Assembly: GCF_009914755.1 (NCBI RefSeq)
Contig: NC_060932.1
Strand: one strand, 5' to 3'
Source: the human T2T-CHM13v2.0 reference genome, Homo sapiens
DNA length: 64,000 nt
Part shown: positions 13,814 through 28,325 of the stretch, one piece after another
Position numbering within the stretch: the first letter of the stretch is position 1
Layout: each line of letters starts with the position of its first letter
The notes under the pieces: generated by a model
Databases searched by the model: none
Told to the model about the DNA's origin: nothing
Seen by the model: the letters and a program-made list of their open reading frames with translations, nothing else
Translations under genes and position numbers: made by a program

Positions 13814-16800
13814 CATGTCAGCATTTTTAAAGCTCTCTATGGACATCTCATCCCATAGCTTTTTATTTTTTGTTTTTGTTCAGTTTTTTGTTTGCCTCAC
13901 CCATTCTTGCCATGTCTGGCATCTGGGATATTAAACCATCACCATTGATTGCTTTTGTGAAGGGTTCTTGAGGCAAAAGCTACATTAGGTAGCATCAGAT
14001 TCAGGTCAAATCAATGAAATCCCTGCAAATGAGGATTTTTTAGGGTGCTATCAGTATGACAAATAATTATAATTTTCTGGAAGCAAGCTTTAGATGGTTT
14101 CTACACCTCTTCCCCCACCCCAGTAAAAGGCTGTAGATTTCTGGTTTTCATTATGATGTTGGGGCTCTTGACTTCAAACCTGTCACAAATCTAGAGAGAT
14201 AAAATAAAATACGGCATGTTAAAACACACTTACAATTCTTACTAATATGCAGACGTTTTTCTTAATGTGCTCCAGATTCTTTCAGAACTTTGGCTGATTT
14301 TTACAGTTCTAGAAATGTTATTTTCCCACAAATTTTGCCAGTATGGTCTTTGCTTTGATACCGGAGACAGATGTCACCATCTTTGTTTTATTTTGAGGAT
14401 TGTATAAAATATATTTTTAAATAACTACACACATATTTTGTTTCACTAAGACCTGCTAAGAAAGATATGTTGTTAGAAATTTAAAACATGGCAATAGAAA
14501 CATCAGAGTTAAAACCATATTAAATTTGATTTTACTTTAAGTTGTCTGCTTCTTCTCAAATTCAGAATCATCATTCTAACCCAGTCTCTGGATTATTTAA
14601 ATTTTCTTGACTCTTGCCTTCCATTATTCACACCATCTGAAACACTTAGGTGTGACTAATATTCCTAAGACTGGTCATTCCATTTTCTTACTTTCAGAAA
14701 TCTCTACTGGCTGCTGAAGTAAATCATCTTGAGTTATGATCAAAGGCAGTACATTATATGGGTTTCACCTTTCTCCCGGGGAATAGTCCCTGGCACTGCC
14801 CTCCTGGGACCACAAGACTGTGCTGCTCAAAGTGGAGTCTCAAAACTGGTTCTGGTCCAGGGACTGTATATTGTGGAGTCCAGAGTGAGGACAGACATTT
14901 GGAATGACTATTTAGACAATTTCATGGTGTTTGAAATTATTACATCACTTATATTCTTGAACTATGGACTTGTTTCATTCACCAAGTTATAAACTGATTC
15001 GGAAGTCAACAAATTCCACTGGTGAGTCACATGTGGCAAGAGCCAAATACCAGTCATGTTCAACTATATCACTTTAAAATATGTGGTAGTTTAAGGTGAA
15101 TTTGTCAATTATAATCTAAATGTATAAAAATCTAACAATAGGTAATAATTAATTTGTTTTATAACTTGTTTTTATAATCTTTTTTTAATTTCACATAGTT
15201 CAGTCTGACTTATAGTCAAGTATTACCATTTAATCACAGTCAATAAAATCATTTTTCTTTTCAATCCTAATTTACAAGTAGTGAAACAAGCTTCGCTAGA
15301 ATTTTTGTCAAGTAAGAACACATTTTTCTTCTAAATGCAGTAATGACTATAAATTGAAAAATATTAAAGAAGTGCTTCTGGAGAAAAATACTAGTTTTTT
15401 TCAGATTTATAATCACAAATGTTTATTAAGTTCAGTTTTGTGGTCATAATTGTTAAGTGCTAAAATTATTCTTTTATTTTGAATATATATTGGTTAGTGA
15501 AGCAATGAAACAATAAACTAAGCATAAGCTGCATTTAAATACATAAAAATAAGTTCAAAGTCAAAAATATTCACAGAAAACAAAATGTTTAATTAAAACC
15601 CTGACATAAGCAAATATTCAATATTTTACATTGGTGCTTTTAGGATTCTTGTAAAGTGGCACTTTAGGTTACTAAGAATGAAAAATCGTATCCACTGGCC
15701 TATCCATTAGTGAAGGTCTGCATCAAAGAGCTTTGCTTGTAAATGATGAATAAACTGCCTAAAAGTTATTTTTTTAAGAACTGCTTTTCCTTGACATCAC
15801 ATAGCTCAAATTATTTAGGCACTAAATACTAATGGGAGAATATGTCAAGAATATATGAGATGTTGTGTTTTTTTTTTCATTTCAGCACGATAAATAACAA
15901 AACATAAAATGTCACTTCTGTTCTTAATGGGATTTGAATATAATGAGGAAGGAAGAGTAGAACTCTTCAGTTACAAGTGTATTCTTGAAAATCACATCCA
16001 ACTCTGAACAGCGTAAAACCATAAGGAATTATGTTGTCATAAGAAGTGGTTTGGAGTCTTTTCTAGGGGTGTGTTCTCATGATAGTTACCCATATTAAGG
16101 AGCTTGTGCTAGAATATAAATCAATATATTGTTTTTAAGCAATGAGACCGCCTTACTGCAGGGAAAAAAATCCTCAGCTGAACAACAACAAAAAGGACAC
16201 TTTTTAACTGAATAAGAAAATATATTAATTTTTAAGTTTTTTCCACAATTCACATATTCTTCTAAAAATTTCCCCACCATAATCCAACTGCCTTACATAG
16301 AATAACTACTATTTATAACAAGCTTTTTTGTTATTATACAATAAGAAAAAATAACTTCAAAGATTATTGAGGAGGAAACTTTTATTAAGAACACTGGAAT
16401 GATGAAATGACTTGCAGTATTTTTGCAAGTAAAGAAGTCAGTTATTCTCAACTTAAAAAAAATTCTTCTGTTTTTCCGATCAACTTTTTAAAGATGTAAA
16501 TTAGACAGCCTATCTTATTTATCTAACGTTAATATTTCTTTTTTAATCTTAGCATTAATATTTCTATGTAAGATGGGAATGAAATATGTTTTTCAATGGT
16601 GCATAAGGCCAAAGGGCAAAATAAAATTTAGAATTTAGAAATTTTGCAGATTTTTAGGACAAGCTCCATTATTCATAACCATTATGAAAAAAGTGAATGA
16701 TATTCTTAGTTTCCCATCTGTTGCCAGACACTATTTATAACTTATTTACATCACAAGGCCTCAAACCCATAAAACCGATCTTTCTGTTTTTAACTCCTTT

Positions 16801-17005
16801 CCGCACCAAATATGCTACCTTAAGTATGGTAAATGTTATTGTGTAAGAAGTGCATAAGTCGTCTTGGCCTAAAGCCAAGATTAAGACTGAACTCTTACTC
16901 CTCATCTCTAGTTCAATATTCCAACCTGTATTAATTAGTGCATCTATTTTTTATCTGCACTAATTTCAATGGGAAACTTCTGAAAAAAAAATGTGAGAAG
17001 AATAG

Positions 17006-17408
<403 letters not shown>

Positions 17409-18069
17409 CCAAAAAGCTTTTTAGCTTCTCTTACATGAAAATGAACACTGTGGAAAAGTAGTTTCATTCAGTGGTTCTGACATACTTTGTTCTTGAGACT
17501 CCTTTGTTTGGTATTAGACAATCTAGTTTGTTTATTGGTTTGGAATATGTTAATTCTGTTTTATTCTTGATTTTTTTCTGTAAAAATTTTACCATATTTA
17601 CTAGATTTCAAGGTTGTTGTCAACCTACAAGATAATCTTCTCAAGCAATACATAAAACCTAAAAAGAGATAACTGTGATCCTCCACCTTACTGAAGTCTA
17701 GTATTTTAGTACACATTTCTTTTTATTATACTCACCATGGTAGACTTTGTTAAAGGCAGTATGAGATTGAGTTTGAGATTACACGCGATGGTCACTTTGT
17801 TCATTGCTACTTTGTCTTGAATTTGACTCCTTTCTTTTACACAAAAGTGCATCATTTATTAGTCTTTTAATATTATTATTAAGAATGTTTTGCAACTGTT
17901 TTGTGGTTATTTTAAGGGTTTTTTCCCTATTTTTGCTTACGCATGAGCAATAATTCAGTTAGACATATAGTTCTAAGTCAAAGTCTTCCCTAGAGTCCTT
18001 TAATTTTAAGAGTTATTGTTATTTCTAATAAGAAATATGATGCCTGCCTAATTTTCTCTTCTTTGTAGG

Positions 18070-18550
18070 TAACCTGTTGGAGCAAGCCTTGGTCTTTGCA
18101 AGCCAAGCATATTCAAGGGATTTTACGAAGGGACTGTGTATGCTGATGTGGGTGAGGCTAAGGAAACAGACAAGAAATATTGATGTCTCCAGGGACCCAC
18201 ACACACATAAAGGGGGATCCAGCATTCCTTTAAGCCTGTACCTAAAAGCTGAGGGAGTAATGTTTCCAGAACCTGGGTGAGAATCGGAGCAATAGGAGAA
18301 GATGTCACCATACAGGGATGAAGCCCTGGGCAGAACCATACTGAAGCAGGAAATGCAGGAAACAAGGATCTCTGCTGCTCTCCCCTCTAGATTTGCAATC
18401 CTCTGCCAGTTTCTTGCATGGACTGAAACCAACTAGATGCTGCGGAGCAGGAAACCCCATGGGACATGGGCTGTAAAAGTCAGCGTCCCATATTGTGAAG
18501 TGTGCAACAGCAGCAGAGACAGACAGAGAGTTAATCCAGGGTAAGGAGAA
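18070..18550. mobile_element. Probable old ERVL-class LTR (LTR33/LTR16-like)
   Basis: GC-richer block with 'cctctgccagtttcttgcatggactgaaaccaactagatgc...gtcagcgtccc', resembling recalled LTR33-family sequence. Confidence 0.4.
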
Positions 18551-21519
18551 CCCGGAGGTTGTGCTTTTCCCTCTTATCCTGTTAACTTTTAAGATTTTTC
18601 TCTTTGACTTTGAGGTTTCAGCTTATCTGATAGTGTTAGATACAAACTTGCTTTTATTTCTCTCATTCATAAGCTGATACCTTCTTTCCATCTGACAATT
18701 TTCATCTTGACTTCAGTCTGGCAAATGACCAGTCCTGAGCGCTCATCCTAGAATTCTTATTTTCCTGCTGTAGGTGGGTGGGCTCTCTACTTTTCTTGAT
18801 TCTTAATCCCCATCCTCCCTGTCAGATCATTAGTAGAGAGGTTGCTTTCAATGGAATTCCACGTTGGAAACATTCTATAAATATATTTTTGAGTTTGCTA
18901 CTGCTAAAGCATTAAGGATTTTACCCGTTCTAGACTCATTTTGATACTCAAAAAACAGCAACAGTGATTACACCATGCAAATCCAGTACGTCCTCCCCTT
19001 TGTGTCCTAATAGAATTCTAAGATTTCTGATTTCTCACCAGGAACTCTATTTCAAACTGTGGCTGTTGTTTGCTTGCAATCTTCCTTGCCCCTTTCTTAG
19101 GATACTAAGAGCATTTCTTTTGTTCTGTTCCTAGCTGCATGGACAATGCAACTCTTAGAGGTTTTAAGTTCTTAAAGGTTTTTATACCATTCACGTGTTC
19201 CAACTCTGCTTCACAGAAACCTGAGCTCTCATTTCCTGTACCTACTTATGAATTAATGCCATTTCTCCTAATTCCTGCTTGCAGGTCCAAAGCCTCCTGC
19301 AGCAAGTCTTTACTCTCTTAGCTTTGAACACACACTTAGAAATGCATTTGATTTTTTTGTCTGGTTTGGAACTCAGCTATCTTATATTTTATCAAACATG
19401 TCTATGTGTTTGGAAGAGAGGGCAACCCATCCACGCCAGTTTAGTTCAGTACTGTCACCTATATGATGTGTAAGAGATAGCACTCTCCCAAGTCTGTGAA
19501 CAGGAAACCTGAAACTATTCTAAATAATTCTGTTTAATAGACTTTTTTCTCTTCTAAGATGACCAGCAGAATATGACAGTTTGTGTTTTTAATGGGCAGA
19601 AGGGGAATTGAATAGTTCGTCTCTTGAGGCCCTTCAGAAATGTTAGAAAATTGTTTTCTTCTTCACACCTGACTGAGCTGCCATTAGCAGTGTGACTGAT
19701 ATCGCTGCTTTGTCTTGCAATAACGTGTATTTGTGAACAGTTCACTTTCATGTTGAGAGTTACTTCCAGCAGAATTTGTTTCTTTTCAATTGTGTAAACC
19801 ATAGGGCTCAGTTATCTGTAAGTATCTGCCAAGCAGCAATAGGTTTCTTCTTGTAACAAACAATATGGTTGCTTTTGTATAAGATCCGTTCATTAGTGTG
19901 CAAAGAATTTAAAAACTTACTCTTTCCATTTCTTTAGCAATAGATTTGCTATTCTTATTATTTCGCTTTATAACACATGACAGTCTCTTGTATTTTTAAA
20001 GTGTAGGGCTGAGCTCCTTATAATCATAATTTAGACATCAACTCTCCTAGTTAGGAATTATCTCAATATACAGTGGAAGAAATTAACACTCACACAGGCT
20101 GAGTAACTTGCCCAGTTTCCTGGTAACAAAGATGGTATTTGAAGTAAGTTTTATATCCTTGTATAACTTAAAAAATACATACCACTCTCATGGCTTTCAA
20201 CTTTCCAGATACATGAATTGAATCTGTTAAGCAACATCTGTTGCTTAACACATTCTTGGCCAAATAGTCATCTAATTCCCTTGACTTTCAAATCAGTATA
20301 TTTTCTACTATAGAACACTTTTCTAAAATTAGAAGGTGTGTTCTTCCCACTTTCATTTTGTCCAGTATCTCTGCCCAGGACATATTCAAGCCTGGAATGC
20401 AAACTATTATGGTTCTTGGTAGCATTTTCATGTCTGCATTTGTGAGGAGCCACTACACTGAAAGATAAATATGTAGAAATTCTACCGAAATAATTAGTAC
20501 ACCCCATTGATGCTACTTATAACTTTATTCAAGCAGTGCAAAGTTTTTTGTGTGTATCACATGCCAGGAAATGGGGCAGGAGTTGGAAAGTTGGGGAAAA
20601 CTAAGACTCGTGCCTGGTCTTCATAAGCTCAGAATCAAGAATTAAAATAGGTATACAATACATAGATTAAAACAAGATCTTATGAACACAGTAGAATCAT
20701 GTACACAATGGAGATACAGCAAAGACATAGACCAGAGAAAATAAAGTCAGTTGATGAGGAGGTACTCAGACTTTGTCTTTAGCAGAAGAAATTTTTATTA
20801 ATACCATTGCAATATGGTAGAAATTTCCCTACTTAAACCCGAGGACCTATGGAGCTATGTTGTTCCCTGAATATTATTAAAACGCTTTAGTCATTCAGTT
20901 ATTCAAAAATATTATTGAATGCCTTCGCTTTTCCAGGAACTGTGGGGTGCTAAATTTGGTAAAGAAAGCCATGGCCCTTACCACCAGGTAGTTTAGTTTA
21001 ACGGGCAAGACATTTGTTATTGAAATGAACTGAAACGTATATAAACAAACAACTATAGAATCAATACTTTAGGAACTAGATTTAAGGCACTTGGATGAAT
21101 CATTCTGCATTCAAGAAGCAGTGATATGCCAACAAAGACGCCCCTGCTAATTCTGGATTTTATGCTTATTTCTGAAATGACAATAATTTTCCAAGTGGTG
21201 GTGATAAGTTTTCCTAAGAATAGCCATCCTGAGCCTGCATTTGTCATAGGTTGCTGATTCTTCAGTTCTGATTACAAAGGGAACAAGGCTAATCATGGAT
21301 GGAGATTCAGAGAAAAGTGAAGATGAAGTTAACCTGCTCTGTCATTAACAGAATCAAAACCCAAATGAAACAAAGCAAATGAAAACAATGGAAGCGTAGC
21401 TCCAGACTACAGCAATATTAATTTAGTTATTTAGCTCCTGAACAACTTGTTTTCTTAATTTAATAAAACTTCTGGGACTAAATACTAAATTCTCCTTGTT
21501 GTGAATGTTACTCAGAATC

Positions 21520-21559
21520 GTGTGTGTGTGTGTGTGTGCTCATGTGTGTGTGTGTGTGT
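21520..21559. repeat. Interrupted (TG)n microsatellite
   Basis: Seen directly. Confidence 0.95.
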
Positions 21560-23379
21560 ATTGGAGGCACAGATGTTAAGCAGAGAAAGGTTATAGGAGA
21601 ACATTATTTGACCACATAATTATCTTCCCAATGCTTGATGTTGGTCAGTAAGAGCAGGAGAGACTGTGGCAGGGAAAGTTGTCAATGTTTCTGAATAAAT
21701 GGGGCTGCCAGACAAATTACGGTTAGTAAAAGCTGTGGCTTATGAAGTAGTAACAATCATGCCAGATAAATTGGATAAGGAGGAAGCAATATGGAGGGAA
21801 CAGAATGGTGGTTGAAAGAAGAAAAATGGTAGTGTGTGGAAAGCTAACATGAGTGGCACTGGGTGTAGGAGAGGAGTTAGTGCTTTATACCTATTTCTCT
21901 AGAAATAAGATGAGGGTCTGATTTTATTTTCTCTCCTTCACCTCCCATTTCTATAAAACTTATTTTCAATTGTAAATGAGGAAAAACTTTTACCTGCTCA
22001 TATTGTTTTAAACTAAGACTGGACACAAAGTAAGTGTTTTAAATACATTGAGTATGTGAAGCAAAAATGAATTTCAAGTCAGATTTGAATATGCAGAAAT
22101 ATCACTCATATTTCTCTATAATTGGAGTCAATTTAAACATCGGGTTATCATCTCTGCTTGGTTGTAGAAAACAATTTTTCCAATTCAAGGTAAATTTAGT
22201 CATTTTTAGATTAGTTTAGTTTCTAGATAAATATTTAGTTTGCTTGAGAATTGCTCTTTGCGCTTTCCCTCTTATCTCTTGCGTCAGGAAAAGAATATTT
22301 TGTTATTGTATTATTCACCTTCATAACTTTTGTTCGGCCAGAGAAAACTACGTTATATACAAGAAAGTTGACTAACGCTGCATCGTATTAAAACAATATG
22401 AATGATCAGTGTCTACATGTTATCATGGTTACATGAACTGCAACCAACAAAAACACCACAAATCACAACACTCATTTGAACAAGATTTACTAAGAACCAG
22501 TGACTAACTGCAGAAAACATTTTCTGTGTATTGCGTGTGTGTAAACCTACACCAACCAGAGTGATGAACATTAAGACCGCAACTATTTCTTTGATGTTAC
22601 CTACAGTAAAGATCATTCTATAATTTTATTCCCCAGAAGAGGCTGAAATTGATGAGAATGTAATGAATTCTGAGATGCAAATGAAAATTGAGGTAATTTT
22701 GTTACTTCAATCACTTTATTGCCATATCTCTATACCCAAAGATTAAGGGCAAAATCTTCACCAGTGATTATAAGAAGTGCAGCATTTTTAAAATAAGCAA
22801 AGCCCAGAATAACAGAATCCTGCACAAAATTATAAAGAAAGCACATTTATGCAATGCACAAAGCTTCCATTTGTGGAGTTGAGCTGATGAGTTTGCATCA
22901 CCATCACCCAAATCTGTGAGCACAGGAGGAGCTGGGCTTTGAACTTGGTTCTGATTAGAGAAGAAGGTAAGCTCAGCAACTTTGGAGTCAAATCACCATC
23001 AACAGGTCCCTCTACTGACTGATTTGGACAAAAAAATATTCTACTGCTCCAGTGACATCATTTGAAAGTGAGCTTCTAATTTGATGTTGAGAAGTGTGCT
23101 GTAGTGACTGGGAAGGCATCAAGAGGCTGACAGGACTGAGAAATCATTATTTTTAGCAAATATCAAATTTCCTAAAGTCTACTACTAGCATTTTCTTAAT
23201 ATTTTTATTGTAACTTTTGATATACGACGTTTGAAACGTACACACAATTAGAGGAAATAGTAAAATAAAGCCCTGGTTACTTTTTCTGTGATATCCTAAA
23301 GCAAATTTTAGACATCATAGTGCATCTCTCATAGACCCTTCTACTTTCAGCATGTCTAACACAGACTTTTTTGGGGGGC

Positions 23380-25095
23380 AACAGTTTTATTGAGATAGAG
23401 TTCACATATTATACAACTTACCCTTTGATGTGTATAAATCAATGATTTTTAGTATATTCTCAGAGCTGTGCAACCAAAATCACACTCAATTTTGGAATAC
23501 TTTAATCAGTCCTTCCACCACAATACCCCTTAGCTATCAACCCCAATCCCCACTCCCCGCCCTCGGTCCCAGGCAACCATTTATCTAGTTTCTGTCTTTG
23601 CAGTATTGCCTATTCTGTGCATTTCATGCAAATGGAATTATGCAATATGTGGTCTTTTATTTTTGGCTACTTTGACTTAACATTTCGCTAAGCTTTCAAG
23701 GTTTATCCACATCCAGCATGATTCAGTACTTAATTTCTTTTTATGGGGAAAAATATTCAATTCTCTGTGTGTGCCATATTTTGTTTATCCACTCATCAGT
23801 TGATAGACATTTGGGTTGTTTTCACCTTTTAGCTAGTAGGAATAATTTTCTGTGAACATTTGTGTACAAGTTTATGTGTGGACTTATGTTTTTATTTCCC
23901 TTTGCAGTCAAATCACTCGATCACATGGTAAGTCTGTGTTGAAAGGGTTTTGGAACATCAAGACTGTTTTCCAACATGGCTGGACCATTTTACACACCCA
24001 CCTGCAGTGTAGGAGGGTTCTGACCTCTCCACATCTTCGTCAGCATTTGTCCTTGTCTAACTTTATTCTAGCTATCCTTGTGGATGTGAAATGGTACCTT
24101 ATTGTGGTTTTGGCTCCATTTTGCAATGACTAATAATGCCGGGCATCTTTTCATAGGCTTATTGGCCATTTGCATATCTTCTTTAAAGAAATTTCTTTTC
24201 ATATTTTTTGATATGTTTAATTGGGTTAGTTTATTTTTTTCTTTTTAGTCTTAATTTGTGAATGTTCCTTATATAACATTTAAGAGTTCTACATTGATTA
24301 CTCTTAATTTGTGAATGTTCCTTATATAACATTTAAGAGGTCTACATCAAAGTCCTTACTAGATATATGATATGTAAAAACTTTCTCCCCTTCTGTTTGT
24401 TATCTTTTTATTTTCTTGATAGTGTCTTTTGAAGCATAAGTTTGTTTTATGAAGTTCAATTTATCTATTCCTTGCTGTGTTGTTTTTGCTTTTAACATCA
24501 TATGTACGATCCATTGCCAAATCGAAGGTAATGTTATTTCCTCCTAAGAGTTTTAGAGTTTTAGACCTTCTCCTTAGATCTTTGATCTTGTTTGAGTTAA
24601 CTTTTAGTATATGGGTTTTAACTTTATTTACAGTATTGCACGCTCTTGATTACTTTTGCTTTGTAATAAGTTTTGTAATTAGAAGGTGTGAGTCCTGTAT
24701 CTTTGCTCTTTTTTAAAAGAATGTTTTGTTTATCTTGTTCCCTTGAGTTTACATGTAAATTTAACTTTAGAATTAGCTTGTCAGTTTTTACAAAGAAGCC
24801 AGCTGGAATTTTAGTGGGAATTTCCTTGAACTTATAGATCAATTTGAGGAGTTTTAAGTCTTACGATTCATAAACATGGGGTGTCTTTATTTATATCTTT
24901 AATTTCTGTCAACAATGTTTTGTATGTTTCAAAGTATAAGTTTTGAACTTTCTTGGTAAATTTATATCTAAGGATTTTTTGATACTATTGCAAATGAAAT
25001 TTTTATTTTATTTTATTTTCAGAGGGTTCATTGTAAATATATAGAAATGCAATTAATATTTGCATATTGATCTATTCTTCAATCTTGCTGAACTG
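23380..25095 (-). mobile_element. L1MB-like 3' end and ORF2 fragment
   Basis: 3' terminus 'acagttttattgagatagagttcacata'; ORF 24624-24842 is L1 ORF2-like (IPTKIPAGFF..DKLILK..KTYYKA). Confidence 0.85.
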
Positions 25096-26333
25096 GCTAT
25101 TCATATTTTAAGAATAAAATTAAAATAAGATACAATTTGTACATAAAATATTGCTTATAGTATGTATCCATGGGAATGGTTGAATAGGGAGGGTAAAGAA
25201 CAAGATCAGAAAAATTGAAAACATCAAGAAAACGCAGAGTATTCAGCAATGTCGTCAATATTGATGTTACCAAGAAATGTGATAGGATTGGCATTACAGA
25301 TAGTGATAGAATGTGATAGGATTAGCATTACAGAAAAAGAGTGAGTTTTGTGCCCAAATCGTCAACGAACGATAGGGTTAAACTGAACTGTTTCCCAGCA
25401 TCCAATGGGCTGTATTTTGTAGCTAGTATGAAAATCTGTTGAACTGTAGATAACTGCATCAAAGAGTAATAGGAATGGCTGTATTAGTGGCAGAAACTCC
25501 GAGTGAAGAGCAGATTTTTAAGGAGGAGAACGGGAAATGGTTTGGGAGCAGGAATGAAGATAAGATAAAATAATAATGGCGCTAATATCTGTGTGCTACC
25601 AAGAGCGTAAGAGTGAAAGCTTCAGGAAAATGACAAATGTACGGAGGACCAGGTTTTAATGAAAGCAAGAGAGTGAAGGTGATTCTTCAAAGAAATTGAA
25701 TCTACAGTTTGTTTTGCTGATAGCTTTCAGGTATATAGAGGAAGGCTTTGAAAATTGAGGAAAATATTGTAAAATTGATCAAAAAAGGAGAAACAGAATG
25801 TGGGGAAGCGAGGTCAGGTGACGGCTAATGCCCTGAGAGAACAATGAAAATATTTTATAATGTTTTACCTGCTTCTCTTACTTCTGCTACTTATGCAGAG
25901 TATTAACGTTTTCCCGTTTATACATTTCTCGCAAATTATTTACCCATCATCATCATTATTGTTTTACTAGGTCAGTGACAGTTCATATTTACCATTAGTT
26001 TATAATTACTGTCTCTATTTGGCATCCCTGCTTAAAATTAACCCCTTCCTCTTAAATTTACATGCTAAAAGAGATTTCAAACAAATGGGAAGTGGTCCAT
26101 TTTATCTAGTTTCTGAAAAAAAAATTAAAAGTATGTTTTACTTTTCTGAAAAAAATTTAAAAGTGTGTTTTACTTTCATCTTAAAATTTAGAGTAACTAA
26201 TCAAGGGTATGTTTTTCGTGTAAAAGCTTCAGAAATAAATAAGGAAATTTTGGGCAATGTCAATAGTAATATAGGGCATAATATAGTGGGAATATTTATT
26301 AGATATATTTCGTAGTTCAAAGAAGGTATTCTC

Positions 26334-26680
<347 letters not shown>

Positions 26681-27249
26681 CTACGTTGTAATCAAGAACT
26701 AAAACACACAAATAGTCTCCAATGAATTTTCCTGCAGGATGTGGAGACTTTCAGTAGAACATTTGCTGACAGGGCGTTGAAAACTATAACTGAATTTTTT
26801 CTTCAATATATCTTTACGTTCCCTTTCTAGGGTTGTTTGAATCACAACCTGTTAGTTGGTAGAAATCATTGCATTTGTTGTCTGGCAATTTTCCAAGTTG
26901 TTCTAGCTCTTTCTTCTCACAATTTCAGTATTCTCCTTACTCCTGTTCTGCATATTTTTCTTTAGGGTACTGAAATCTCTTCCTTTGGTCATCTAGGAAA
27001 CTGGAATATCTTAGTCTATTGGAAATGTGTACTGACTACAAGCATTCAGTTTTAAACTAGAGAACAGATTGAATGATTTTATTCCTACTAGAAGATTTAG
27101 CCATTCCTTTAAAAATTTAACTCAAAGATTCCCTGAGATATCAATCAACGATATAAACAAGTTAAACGTGGACTGGGGCACAGCTGTAAAAGATGGTAGT
27201 TGCTGTTGTATAAATCTGAACCTTAGGGGACATTGACACTGAAAGTCAT

Positions 27250-27700
27250 TAGTAGAAGAGTGCTATGAAAATATATGGAAATAAAGAAAATACCTCAAGA
27301 AGAGAGTAAAGCTAGAAAAGTGAAAAGGAGTAAAGGTTGCCGCCAGAAGCTCTTGCACGTTTAGAAAGTAGGCATTAGAACATGAACTATAGAAAGATTT
27401 TGGGGAGGGACAGTCAATCTATCAGGAGGAAAAAGGGCAGCTGAGGTCTCGAATAAGGCAAGAGAAAATAGTATTTCACAAAGGAGGCAGCGGCTAAGGG
27501 AGGCTTGGCCCGTTGGAATCAGCTGGTGGGAGTTTCTTCTGAGCTTGTCAAGGGCAGTTTCAGTGGTGTTTTGGGAGAAGAAAGCAGATCGAAAAGGCCT
27601 GTGGTGTGAACTAAAGGTGAAGTGATTAAGGTAAGCAATTGAGTAACTAAGGCAAGTAATTCCAGTTTGAGATATTGGACATCTCCACATCTTGCAGGAA
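27250..27700 (-). mobile_element. L2 remnant
   Basis: 'gagcttgtcaagggcagtttcagtggtgttttgggag' and 'agtttgagatattggacatc' resemble antisense L2. Confidence 0.55.
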
Positions 27701-28023
27701 AATCCATTTGAGATTATTTATGTATTGCAGCTCTACATGACAGTTGAGTCTCTATGCATGTCCATAGCTCAGTAAGGATCAAAATACTTTTTCCATTCAT
27801 TTGATTACGTGAATCACCCGTTTATCGTCTCCATGAAATGGAGGAGACAAGTGAGGAATTGGCTGGGCAGGTGTCCAGAGCTAAAGGCACTGTCCTGGGT
27901 GCTTAGCTGTGGAGGATGCCTATGTGGAGGCTCACAGGCATGCAGTGACCCAGAAGGCAGAGTTAGTAAAGCAGAATAAAGAGGAGATACACAAAGCCAT
28001 GGCATGTTTAAAAAGACAAAGCC

Positions 28024-28325
28024 GGTCCGGCGTGGTGGCTCCTGCCTGTAATTCCAGCACTTTGGGAGGCTTAGGTGGGAGGATTCCTTGAGCTCAGGAG
28101 TTCCAGGCAAGCCTTGACAGCACAGCAAGACCCTCTGTGTACAAAAAAATATATATGTATAAAGTAGCCAGGCATGGTGGTGTGTGCCTGTAGTCCCAGC
28201 TACTTGGGACGCCGAGGTGGGAAGATCACTTGAGCCTGGAAGGTAGAGGCTGCAGTGATCGTGCCACTATATTCCAGCCTACGTGACAGAGAAAGAGACT
28301 GTCTGAAAAAAAAAAAAAAAAAAAA
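28024..28325 (+). mobile_element. Alu, AluJ-like
   Basis: 'ggattccttgagctcaggagtt' and 'gaggctgcagtga'; approximate TSD aaaag(a/g)caaagcc. Confidence 0.9.

Noticed and set aside
16933-16965. 10-bp inverted repeat aattagtgca / tgcactaatt
   Set aside because: Short and AT-rich, so plausible by chance.
25276-25334. Short tandem duplications (34-bp period here, about 33 bp at 26110-26177, 19 bp at 12356-12394)
   Set aside because: Ordinary slippage duplications with no sign of function.
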